A DNA stretch of 22,115 nt from Nitrosopumilaceae archaeon (GCA_965200155.1 CBDATR010000019.1:1-22115); one strand, 5' to 3'; counted from the first letter of the stretch, positions 1-7,515 are shown. Numbers and translations: made by a program. The notes: a model not told the origin generated them from the letters alone.

Positions 1-422
1 AATTCGATCATCGTTTGTGCCGTTCCGCGAAGACGGTCCAGACTCTCAGAAGGTAACGCGTTTATTTCTTTCCAAACCGTTGCCATACCGCCTTGTGGGA
101 CAACGCCTTTATAAACCTTAGCCACATAAATCCTAATCATTGCCAATTCAATTTGCCCATAGGAGCTAGACCTACCTGAATTGATAATATTCGCGCAAAT
201 CTCGTCACATTTGCGTTGTGCCAATTGTTGCCGATTATCAGGTTCTTTCTCACTCGCGTAAGAATTGCGGATTGCCAGATTAAGGCCTTTCTCAAATATC
301 CACGCAATTGTGTCAGGTTCTAAATTGTCCAAATTGCAATTGACGACAATTTCACCAGAGGATTGCACAATTTCGAAATTGCCTACCTGAATATCAAAAG
401 TCGCCTTACGAATATCACTCAT
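1..422 (-). CDS. Hypothetical phage protein, 3'-truncated by the window edge (>=140 aa, MSDIRKATFDIQVGNFEIVQSSGEIVV...)
   Basis: Not in the ORF track because it has no stop in the window. I translated 140 open codons from the ATG at 422, which has GGAG 8 nt upstream and lies downstream of a leftward promoter. Confidence 0.8.
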   Translation of the reverse strand, partial: MSDIRKATFDIQVGNFEIVQSSGEIVVNCNLDNLEPDTIAWIFEKGLNLAIRNSYASEKEPDNRQQLAQRKCDEICANIINSGRSSSYGQIELAMIRIYVAKVYKGVVPQGGMATVWKEINALPSESLDRLRGTAQTMIE

Positions 423-471
423 GAAACTTTCTCCAATTGAGTTGTGTGCCGAAAAAATTCCGGATAACGCC

Positions 472-499
472 CAATTAGCACGGTTGATAGCGTTGTCAA
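472..499 (-). promoter_or_regulatory. Leftward sigma70-like promoter
   Basis: Minus strand reads TTGACA-16 nt-TAATTG, with TGn before the -10 and an A/T tract (AAAAAATTTTT) just upstream of the -35. It points at the 422 ORF. The -10 is non-consensus. Confidence 0.5.
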
Positions 500-711
500 C
501 AAAAATTTTTCAACCTCCACCCAGGGTAACAATGTCGCGCGATACCAGGGTGACAACCTCCAAAATCTAAATATACAGAGTTTTGAAAGATCCGGATCCC
601 ATTTAAATGTGACTGGACTCCCCTATCTCCACCGAGCGCGCCACCCAGGCCGCCAGCTTTCATCTCCAATTGGAGTGTGCCCCACACTTATCAAGGAGCT
701 TCGCCTTTTAA

Positions 712-970
712 GGCTGCTCCAGATATGCAGCTCCAGTTAGCGCTTCAATTTGCCTCCAATTCAAAATTTCGGCAATATGTCTAAAAGGGTTATCTCCAGT
801 CTAAATTCAAAAGTTCCAGTCTAAATTCAAAAGTTTAGAGTTCAAAAAAATATATATAAACTCTCTTCCAATCAATTCCAACTCCGAGATAACCCAATTG
901 GACATATTGCTGAAATTTGGACGTACAGGGAGACTTAAGAGCGCACTGCAGGTGCCCTTCTGGAGCAGCC
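712..970. repeat. 85-bp imperfect inverted repeat (arms 712-796 and 886-970) around an 89-bp AT-rich spacer; candidate replication origin
   Basis: Ungapped manual alignment of arm 1 to the reverse complement of arm 2 gives 64/85 identity. Blocks GGCTGCTCCAGA, AAATTTCrGCAATATGTC and GGGTTATCTC are all symmetric about nt 841. Confidence 0.9.
795..834 (+). repeat. Perfect 20-bp tandem direct repeat (TCCAGTCTAAATTCAAAAGT x2), iteron-like
   Basis: 795-814 equals 815-834; followed by AAAAAAATATATATAAA. Confidence 0.9.
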
Positions 971-998
971 ATCAATGGCTGCACTCGGTAAATATATC

Positions 999-1027
999 TT
1001 GACAACTCCCGTGTTTTAGTGTACTGT
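999..1027 (+). promoter_or_regulatory. Rightward sigma70-like early promoter
   Basis: TTGACA (999-1004), 17-bp spacer, TACTGT (1022-1027), upstream of the first rightward gene. Confidence 0.7.
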
Positions 1028-1098
1028 ACGGCAAGATTTTTTTATGACACAGCCTCTATTTCAAAAGTGGAGGCATCTACCAGGAAGGAAGTTTTACA

Positions 1099-1404
1099 AT
1101 GAACGCAGTGTATAAGTTGCACCACAGCTATAAGACCGAAGACGATCGACTCACCCGCGACATCAAGGCAGTCCGTCAAGACTTGCGGGACCTCCACGAG
1201 TTTGAATTGGAAGCGCAGGCAGAATTAAGGGAGTATTATACCAAAGAATTGGATGACCTGTACGAGCAACAATCCGAAGTGCGCGGTAAGTTGGACATGC
1301 TCACTATGCGAATCGAGGCTCATGAATCCAATAAGGCTGCCCGAGACCTGCGAGTCATGAATAGGATCGACAGGCTCGAGGAGCGCATGGACGGAGGATT
1401 CTGA
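1099..1404 (+). CDS. Hypothetical coiled-coil early protein (101 aa)
   Basis: AGGAAGG upstream; heptad-like, E/L/R-rich sequence. Confidence 0.8.
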   Translation: MNAVYKLHHSYKTEDDRLTRDIKAVRQDLRDLHEFELEAQAELREYYTKELDDLYEQQSEVRGKLDMLTMRIEAHESNKAARDLRVMNRIDRLEERMDGGF

Positions 1405-1425
1405 TCCCCGGCACACTGCACCCAG

Positions 1426-1455
1426 GCACCCAGCCCCACAAATTGGGCTGGGTGC
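1426..1455 (+). terminator. GC-rich intergenic hairpin (weak terminator or RNA processing/stability site)
   Basis: 11-bp perfect stem GCACCCAGCCC / GGGCTGGGTGC with an 8-nt loop; poor U-tail. Confidence 0.5.
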
Positions 1456-1480
1456 TCCATTTCAAGAAGGGAGACTTTTA

Positions 1481-1714
1481 ATGATCAACCAGACAATGCT
1501 GCCCGATGAATACATCTACAGGTTCACGGAAAAGTATCGCAGCTTCGATGCCGCCATCTATGCTCTCACCATAGTTTGGCAATACTCCACGGACACAGAT
1601 CGGGAGCACTATCGCTCGATAATGAATGACCTGCGCTCCAGGCAATCACGACTCTTCGATGAAGCTGCCAAAACCTCGGCTGCCTTGGAAGAGGCTAAGC
1701 GGTCTTCCATTTAA
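1481..1714 (+). CDS. Hypothetical protein (77 aa)
   Basis: GGGAG Shine-Dalgarno before the ATG; fits the gene tiling. Confidence 0.75.
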   Translation: MINQTMLPDEYIYRFTEKYRSFDAAIYALTIVWQYSTDTDREHYRSIMNDLRSRQSRLFDEAAKTSAALEEAKRSSI

Positions 1715-1721
1715 ACTGTGC

Positions 1722-1791
1722 GGGAACCCTCTCCATTTTACGGACAGGGTTCCCCCAGCCTCCACACCCCCAACCCACACTCCCACACCCC
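1722..1791. other. Intergenic hairpin (1722-1754) followed by a C-tract cluster (G-quadruplex motif on the - strand, 1767-1791)
   Basis: GGGAACCCT pairs with AGGGTTCCC. The minus strand reads GGGG-TGT-GGG-AGTGT-GGG-TT-GGGGG. Confidence 0.55.
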
Positions 1792-1823
1792 ACACATCTA
1801 CACTCTCCCAAGGAAACAACACT

Positions 1824-1985
1824 ATGTATATTCGTATCCCCGAGCCCATCCCTCTGCTGGATCCACTCTTCGACCAGGACAACTACGAGTACGAGCTCCA
1901 GGTCTATCTGGACTTGGCGGATCACCGGATGCCAGTCTCTCTTGAAGAGCGGGGACTGCCCATCTACATTGAGGAGCTTTATTAA
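1824..1985 (+). CDS. Small acidic hypothetical protein (53 aa, MYIRIPEPIPLLDP...)
   Basis: AGGA upstream of the ATG at 1824. The track's longer 1626 start overlaps the previous gene and runs through the C-rich tract. Confidence 0.6.
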   Translation: MYIRIPEPIPLLDPLFDQDNYEYELQVYLDLADHRMPVSLEERGLPIYIEELY

Positions 1986-2035
1986 TGTATCCCGACGCAG
2001 TACGCTGGCCTAAATCAAAACTTTCGGAGAATAAA

Positions 2036-2353
2036 ATGACCGAGCATACCACAGATCTCACCGAGCTGGCACACGAGCACATGCAGAGCATCCCGAAGGG
2101 AGCGGCGCACGCTGCCCATCTCGAGACACTGAGTTCACCTTGGCGGGAGTCTGACCTAAACATAGGCGCACTGCTCGATCGAATAAGCGACAGCATCGCT
2201 GATGTAGGTAGCGAGTTGGTTGCATTAACCGACGACATCTCGCATCTCGAAACGTCCAGGCTCCACATGGAAGAGAGGCTCGATGATCTCCGAGCAGAGT
2301 ATGATGAGCTCCTCAACAAACTCTCTTCCATAATAGATGTAACTAGCGAATAG
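2036..2353 (+). CDS. Hypothetical coiled-coil protein (105 aa; alternative start at 1985)
   Basis: GGAG Shine-Dalgarno before the ATG at 2036; C-terminal heptad pattern. Confidence 0.7.
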   Translation: MTEHTTDLTELAHEHMQSIPKGAAHAAHLETLSSPWRESDLNIGALLDRISDSIADVGSELVALTDDISHLETSRLHMEERLDDLRAEYDELLNKLSSIIDVTSE

Positions 2354-2354
2354 C

Positions 2355-2708
2355 ATGAGGCTGAGGCTTCACTGGCAGTGTGTGCACCTAGGTACATACA
2401 CTCTCGTAACTGAAGAGGAGGCTCAGGTGGTAGCACGCCTGAGCCTCTGCCTCGACGGTTGGCACACTCACATCTGGCCCAGCACCCTAACCAGGGCGGC
2501 GGGACTGGACACCCCAACGACACGACTGGACACAGACACGGCGGGACTGGACACAGACACGACACTGGACAGGGCAGAGCATCACATCTTTCAGAGAAAG
2601 GGAGCTGCCATTCAACACATAAAAGAGCGCGCGCGAAGCGCATACAGGCGCATCTCAATTAACGAGCACATTTCAACACGTGAATACATAGCAAGTATGG
2701 AAGGATAG
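2355..2708 (+). CDS. Hypothetical protein with an internal xxLDTxT repeat linker (117 aa)
   Basis: Starts 1 nt after the previous stop and tiles to the next gene. Confidence 0.6.
   Translation: MRLRLHWQCVHLGTYTLVTEEEAQVVARLSLCLDGWHTHIWPSTLTRAAGLDTPTTRLDTDTAGLDTDTTLDRAEHHIFQRKGAAIQHIKERARSAYRRISINEHISTREYIASMEG
2497..2571 (+). repeat. In-frame 21-nt degenerate tandem repeat (core ACTGGACA at 2504, 2525, 2546, 2564)
   Basis: Periods of 21, 21 and 18 nt, encoding AGLDTPT-TRLDTDT-AGLDTDT-TLD. Confidence 0.8.
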
Positions 2709-2713
2709 AGAGT

Positions 2714-3298
2714 ATGAGCAATGATCCTGCACAGAGCTGGCAACATGGCTGTCCGAACTGGCAACGCACAGACGCAGGTCTCTACAAGGCATGGTACGAT
2801 GGCTGCGTTGTCGTATTGATATACACTCCCGTCTACATGGAGGAGGGCCGCCAATGGCCTCAACTCGTAAACGCATGGGTGAAAGTCGAGGGTGCAACAA
2901 AGGCGAAGACTCGCATGCTCAATGGGTACACTAACAGTGTGTTCGACTGGGCAGATGAAGAGGTGGTGAGGCTGCGGGAAGCAGACCAGCTCTGCGCACC
3001 CCTCGACTGGCAGCCTCGCCCCGGTAAAGAATGGGAGCCCACCGACGGAGCAGCCCAGTGCACCTACCGAGACCGACACGCTGAACTGGAGTGGCAGCAT
3101 CCTGTGACAGAGGATGGCACACTGGACAAGACAGTGAGGTGGCTCACCCTCTTCTACGATGGAGCCTGTTACGACAGCCAGATAGTAGCGACGCGCGATG
3201 GTGTGTACTGTTGGGCTGAACAAAAGCTTCGCCTCATGCAGCACCCCCAACTCACGGATGAGAACGGTGACCTGCGCGTGGATACCTACGATGCCTAG
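2714..3298 (+). CDS. Hypothetical Trp-rich protein (194 aa)
   Basis: Purine-rich RBS (AAGGATAGAGAG); tiles with its neighbours. Confidence 0.75.
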   Translation: MSNDPAQSWQHGCPNWQRTDAGLYKAWYDGCVVVLIYTPVYMEEGRQWPQLVNAWVKVEGATKAKTRMLNGYTNSVFDWADEEVVRLREADQLCAPLDWQPRPGKEWEPTDGAAQCTYRDRHAELEWQHPVTEDGTLDKTVRWLTLFYDGACYDSQIVATRDGVYCWAEQKLRLMQHPQLTDENGDLRVDTYDA

Positions 3299-3653
3299 GT
3301 ATAGTAATAAGATAGAGTCTTTCGATGCAGTACGCGTCGTGCTCGACAATTTGTTGGCTAACGGGAAGGGCAGCGTTTACGCGCTGCCCACCCATGCCAA
3401 GGCTGTCGAGTGGCGTCGCCAGGCCTACTACTTCCGCACGCTCGCAACCAAGCAAGGCGAGACTCAATACAACAGGATGGTACTCAAACTGATAGGTGAT
3501 TGCGCTGTGATGTACACAGAGCGCGAGGTCGAGGGCGTGATGCTCGATGCCTCGGGTAATGAGGTTACGATTGTAGATAAGAGACTGGAACAAGACATCG
3601 CAGACATGATGGCTGAATGGGAAGGAGATATTATAGATGAAACTAACTCTTGA
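3291..3653 (+). CDS. Hypothetical protein (120 aa, MPRYSNKIESFDAVR...)
   Basis: The ATG at 3291 overlaps the end of the previous gene; preferred over the track's 3198 start. Confidence 0.7.
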   Translation: MPRYSNKIESFDAVRVVLDNLLANGKGSVYALPTHAKAVEWRRQAYYFRTLATKQGETQYNRMVLKLIGDCAVMYTEREVEGVMLDASGNEVTIVDKRLEQDIADMMAEWEGDIIDETNS

Positions 3654-5025
3654 ACAGCAAGTGATACTGGACGATGCACCCCAGCGTAATCTGTTGGTGT
3701 CAGCGAGAGCCGGCGCAGCCAAGAGCACCACGCTCCGCCACGTAGCCTCCATTGCAAGCGGCGGGAGCATGTTGCTTGCCTTTAACAGGAAGGTAGCCGA
3801 TGAGGCTAAGCGCACCTTTCCCAGCACCTGTCAGGTCTATACGCTGAACGGCATCGGCCATTACGCACTGGTGCGTGCAGGCTTCAGACCCAAGGTCAAG
3901 CGGGACAAGTGCTTCCAAATATTGAAGGCTCTCAATTACAAAGGGAAGGACTTCGCCGAAGTCCTGCGTGCTATCAACTTGTCGAAGCAGATGGGCTATG
4001 TGAATGGACTGGACATATCACGCATGTCTCGCACGCAATTCTATGACACACTGGACACACAACATTCAGTGGAAGCACGCGACATCATCGACGCTGCAAC
4101 AGTGATGTCATGGAAGCAGGCACAGGCAGGCACTATTGACTTCGATGATCAGATCCTAGTCCCGACACTCATGCGCTTAGCCTTCCCTCAAACCCCGCAC
4201 CTCCTCATCGACGAGGCCCAGGATCTCTCACTCATTAATTGTGCCATGGTTAAACTCATAGCTGGATTTGGCACTCGTGTCACCGCTGTCGGTGACGAGG
4301 CGCAGGCTATCTACGGTTTCCGGGGCGCTGACTCGGAGGCAATGGAGCGCCTCGCTGCCATGTTCAGCATGCACCGCCGCACTCTCACCACTACATTCAG
4401 ATGCTCGAAGGCTGTGGTAGAGGAGGCGAACTGGCGTACGCAAGACATGCGTCCTTGCTCGACAGCCTTGCCGGGCGCTGTCTATGATGCGGAGCGGCTG
4501 GACTTACAAAACATACCAGACGGCACTGCCTTCCTCTGTAGAAACAACGCACCTCTCTTGCGCACTGCCCTCTTCATGCTCAAGCAAGGGTATGCTCCCA
4601 ACCTACTGGGTAACGACATCCTGCAGAGTACAATCAAGGACATGCGCAAGGTCTTCCGACCAAGTATGAGTGAGAGTGAGAAGTTAGAAGCTGTGGACAA
4701 CTGGGAGGAGGCGAAGGCTAAGGTGTGGAAGAATCAGTCCGTCGTTCAGGACAGAGCAGATTGTATGCGCTTGTTCCTGCCCGGCAATGCCATCCAGAAA
4801 GCACAGGAGTTGATGAATGCGCCAGGTGGGCGCACCATTCTCAGTACGATACACAAGGCGAAGGGTGCTGAGTATCAGCACACGGTCCTCCTCGATCGTC
4901 ACCTGATTAAGACTGGCGAGATGCAGGAGGACAATGTCTTGTATGTTGGACAGACACGGTCGCGCGATACGCTAACCTATGTGAAGAGCGCCCGTGTATT
5001 TGACGCGCGGGCTACCGCCCGCTGA
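3637..5025 (+). CDS. UvrD/Rep-like superfamily 1 DNA helicase
   Basis: Motifs I ARAGAAKS, Ia LAFN, II LIDEAQD, III VGDEAQAIYGFRGAD, IV TFRCS, V STIHKAKGAE, VI LYVGQTR; GGAG RBS. Confidence 0.93.
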   Translation: MKLTLEQQVILDDAPQRNLLVSARAGAAKSTTLRHVASIASGGSMLLAFNRKVADEAKRTFPSTCQVYTLNGIGHYALVRAGFRPKVKRDKCFQILKALNYKGKDFAEVLRAINLSKQMGYVNGLDISRMSRTQFYDTLDTQHSVEARDIIDAATVMSWKQAQAGTIDFDDQILVPTLMRLAFPQTPHLLIDEAQDLSLINCAMVKLIAGFGTRVTAVGDEAQAIYGFRGADSEAMERLAAMFSMHRRTLTTTFRCSKAVVEEANWRTQDMRPCSTALPGAVYDAERLDLQNIPDGTAFLCRNNAPLLRTALFMLKQGYAPNLLGNDILQSTIKDMRKVFRPSMSESEKLEAVDNWEEAKAKVWKNQSVVQDRADCMRLFLPGNAIQKAQELMNAPGGRTILSTIHKAKGAEYQHTVLLDRHLIKTGEMQEDNVLYVGQTRSRDTLTYVKSARVFDARATAR

Positions 5026-5072
5026 CATGCCCACATATGGCAAATTAATTGTGCAGATACTAAAAATAAGAG

Positions 5073-5102
5073 TTGACATTACACCCCCCTTTGTGTTATG
5101 AT
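5073..5102 (+). promoter_or_regulatory. Strong sigma70-like promoter with extended -10
   Basis: TTGACA (5073-5078), 18-bp spacer ending in TGT, TATGAT (5097-5102); A-rich upstream element. Confidence 0.8.
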
Positions 5103-5157
5103 CGGTTTATTGAATAGGCAAGAGAGCCTGAACAACTACTGCCACAGGAGACTAGGC

Positions 5158-5586
5158 ATGAAGATTTCAATCAAGGGTATTGAGTTTGATGTAACCGAGC
5201 GCTATGCGGAAGGGCATGTATGCTCCGCCATCGAGGCCCAGGTCCTCAATCAGACTCGAGCAGAAAACATCGCCAACAATTTTCGGCCCACGGTAGCCGA
5301 AGCTCAAGCCGACGGTGACACCAGCCAGTTGGCCGGACAATTCGCAGCCATTGATTCAGCATACGAGTTCGGCACACGCCGGGCACGCGAGACTGATCCA
5401 GTTGCCAAGGCTGCCAAGGCGCTGGCACGCACTGCCCTCGAGAGTAAGCTCAATGAAGATGGCAAGACTGTTAAGCAGTACCGTGACACAGTCGGCAAGG
5501 ACGCGTTCAACGCTAAGATTGCTGAGATCGCAGCCATGCCGCAGATCCAGAAGCATGCTAAGACAGTCGCTTCACTGAGCCTCTAG
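5158..5586 (+). CDS. Hypothetical Ala/Lys-rich protein, possibly DNA-binding and highly expressed (142 aa, MKISIKGIEFDV...)
   Basis: AGGAG RBS before the ATG at 5158. The track's 5098 start lies inside the -10 box. Confidence 0.8.
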   Translation: MKISIKGIEFDVTERYAEGHVCSAIEAQVLNQTRAENIANNFRPTVAEAQADGDTSQLAGQFAAIDSAYEFGTRRARETDPVAKAAKALARTALESKLNEDGKTVKQYRDTVGKDAFNAKIAEIAAMPQIQKHAKTVASLSL

Positions 5587-5701
5587 TCTTACGGACGGGG
5601 CGGTTAATCCTCCCTTCGGTTGTGTGTCATATCCTCCTCACTGCCCCGTCCGACCCTCCCTTTCTCAACACAAGACTGCCCCGTCCGACACACAAGACTG
5701 C
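5585..5701 (+). ncRNA. Putative structured 3'-UTR/intergenic RNA element with duplicated pairing arms and CCUCC motifs
   Basis: 5592-5604 is complementary to both 5640-5652 and 5675-5687; 5620-5628 is complementary to 5687-5695. Function as an RNA is inferred. Confidence 0.45.
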
Positions 5702-5736
5702 GATCACCCTGTCCATAAAATGGAGAAGGTTACTCA

Positions 5737-6063
5737 ATGACTATAGAATTCCTAATCAAAGGTGCACACTTCCGAGGCAAGGACATCAAACAACTCGTTG
5801 AAGCCTTAGATATTGGTACGTTGCTGACTATAGAAAGAGAGCCTGACAACGAGCATGACGAGTACGCATGTAAGGTATTATATGAAGACATCCATGTGGG
5901 CTATGTTGAAAAAGACATGGCTCCCTCCGTCTCATTCTACGCTATGGATGAGCCTCTTGCAGCCAAGATCGTCGGGCGTGAGCACATCGGCAGGAACACT
6001 TACCCAGTAGCCACGCTCGCACATGCAGAGACTGGTGGCTGGGATGAGCGTAACGAAGTCTGA
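5737..6063 (+). CDS. Stand-alone HIRAN domain protein
   Basis: IKGAHFR ... LTIEREPDNEHDEYACKV ... HVGYV matches the HIRAN pattern (L.REP.N.yD..Ai.V...lGYv). Confidence 0.88.
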   Translation: MTIEFLIKGAHFRGKDIKQLVEALDIGTLLTIEREPDNEHDEYACKVLYEDIHVGYVEKDMAPSVSFYAMDEPLAAKIVGREHIGRNTYPVATLAHAETGGWDERNEV

Positions 6064-6241
6064 TCTACTCGAGGTACTATATGACGCAGTGCATGAGCCG
6101 CATGGCGTAGCGGTTTCATCTGACAACAATGTATCCCTCCTCGTGCGACTAGGTAGACTGGTCAAAGAGGAGGGACTCGCACTCCGGTTGTCAAAGATGG
6201 AGGATGAGATTTGGATCACCCACAAAGGCAAGGATAAGTAA
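6044..6241 (+). CDS. Hypothetical protein (65 aa, MSVTKSDLLEVLYDA...)
   Basis: The ATG at 6044 overlaps the end of the HIRAN gene and the ORF tiles to the next gene. Confidence 0.65.
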   Translation: MSVTKSDLLEVLYDAVHEPHGVAVSSDNNVSLLVRLGRLVKEEGLALRLSKMEDEIWITHKGKDK

Positions 6242-6243
6242 GG

Positions 6244-6429
6244 ATGGAGTATCAAAAGAGAAGTGTTAACTTTAGGAAGGGAGACCTCGAGGCTTTAGCA
6301 AACAGATACAAAGCTATGGGTGTCTCTTCAGGTATGGTCATTCGCCATCTGGTGAGCAAACATGTAGATGCAATGAACACTGACCCCTCAGTAATTGAGG
6401 AACTGAAAGAGGAGATTATACTTGAGTGA
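6244..6429 (+). CDS. Putative ribbon-helix-helix (CopG/Arc-like) DNA-binding protein
   Basis: KRSVNF beta-strand, helix DLEALANRYK, G-V-S turn, helix SGMVIRHLVSKHV. Confidence 0.6.
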   Translation: MEYQKRSVNFRKGDLEALANRYKAMGVSSGMVIRHLVSKHVDAMNTDPSVIEELKEEIILE

Positions 6430-6616
6430 CAATATCGCATTACTATTCGCCCGTGATCCACTCAGTCTCACCAACAGCGACATACAAACTATTATATCTG
6501 ACATACGCAGTCGACGCAAGCACATCAACAAGCCCACCAAGCCCAAACCCGCACCTACTCGACAAAGCAAACCCAAGAAGACCGCCCTACCTTTTGATAT
6601 AGACATTAAACTGTGA
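6422..6616 (+). CDS. Small basic hypothetical protein (64 aa)
   Basis: GAGGAG before a TTG start; overlaps both neighbours. Confidence 0.7.
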   Translation: MSDNIALLFARDPLSLTNSDIQTIISDIRSRRKHINKPTKPKPAPTRQSKPKKTALPFDIDIKL

Positions 6617-7515
6617 GCAAGACTGTGAATAGATACGACTACAAGATGTTTGATGATGATGGACGACAGACTATATGGAATGCATCATCAATCACTGCCC
6701 TTCAAAAATGCAAACGCTACTACTATTATACAATCCTGCAGGGCTGGAGATCCAAGACTGCGAGCGCCGACTTGGCCTTCGGTGGACTGTTCGCCTCATC
6801 CATCGAATACTTCTACAAGCATCGTGATCCAGACTACGAGTCAACACTGAACAACACTATCATGTTCGCCATGCGCAACAGCAAGTATTATAGCAAGCAG
6901 TTCCCCTCTGAAGAAGTGAAGACACGCAAGGCATTGATCACTGCGCTCGTCGAGTACTTCGATCAGTACTATGAGCTGGACGGTCCGAGTGTATGGCGCA
7001 CGGAACAATCTTTCCTCTTCGACACCAATAACCTCACCTTCTGTGGCCGCCTTGACCTCGTCCTCAAGCGAGACGACGAGCTCATCCTGCTCGACCAAAA
7101 GACCACCAAGTCGTCATTAAGTCCGATGTACTTCAAGACATGGACTCCCAACAACCAGATGAGCCTATACATGCTCGCTGCCTACATCGTCTTCAACAAG
7201 CCGGCGGCTCGCTTCCTCATCGATGCAGTGCAGGTGATGAAGAACGGGAGCGTGAAGATGATGCGCGGCGTGGTCTCACGAGGCAAGGACCAGCTAGACG
7301 AGTGGCTCAATGGCGTCACGCTCGAGATCGAGGCAGTCAAAGATAAGGATCCCCACAATGAAGCGGACTGGCCACAGAACCCGAGCGCATGTGGTTACTT
7401 CCAAGGCTGCGAGTTCCGTGAGGTGTGCAGCATATCACCAGCTATGCGCAAGGCCTACCTGACTGAGGCCTTGCCTCCATCACAGCAAACCTTCGTGAGA
7501 GAGGTGAGAGACTGA
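6613..7515 (+). CDS. PD-(D/E)XK exonuclease, RecB/Cas4-like with 4 Cys (Fe-S)
   Basis: N-terminal CKRYYY, GRLDLV, DQKTT, QMSLY, C-terminal C-x5-C-x5-C (CGYFQGCEFREVC). Confidence 0.88.
   Translation: MSKTVNRYDYKMFDDDGRQTIWNASSITALQKCKRYYYYTILQGWRSKTASADLAFGGLFASSIEYFYKHRDPDYESTLNNTIMFAMRNSKYYSKQFPSEEVKTRKALITALVEYFDQYYELDGPSVWRTEQSFLFDTNNLTFCGRLDLVLKRDDELILLDQKTTKSSLSPMYFKTWTPNNQMSLYMLAAYIVFNKPAARFLIDAVQVMKNGSVKMMRGVVSRGKDQLDEWLNGVTLEIEAVKDKDPHNEADWPQNPSACGYFQGCEFREVCSISPAMRKAYLTEALPPSQQTFVREVRD

Noticed and set aside
496-687. 63-aa minus-strand ORF in the control region
   Set aside because: No clear RBS; it overlaps the promoter and repeat elements and has a non-protein-like composition.
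712-970. IS/MITE terminal inverted repeats or a protelomerase telRL site
   Set aside because: No transposase or target-site duplication. The arms are only 75% identical and separated by 89 bp, unlike a near-perfect contiguous tel palindrome, and there is no protelomerase in the window.
2497-2571. Possible CRISPR array
   Set aside because: Units are 18-21 nt and contiguous, with no unique spacers, and they preserve a reading frame.
1822-3349. Long minus-strand ORFs (278 aa and 245 aa)
   Set aside because: Antisense shadows of well-tiled plus-strand genes with RBSs; the Cys/Pro repeats simply mirror the minisatellite.
6613-7515. Cas4 as evidence of a CRISPR-Cas system
   Set aside because: No cas1/cas2 or array; the context (Sak4-like ATPase, SSB) indicates a phage recombination nuclease.
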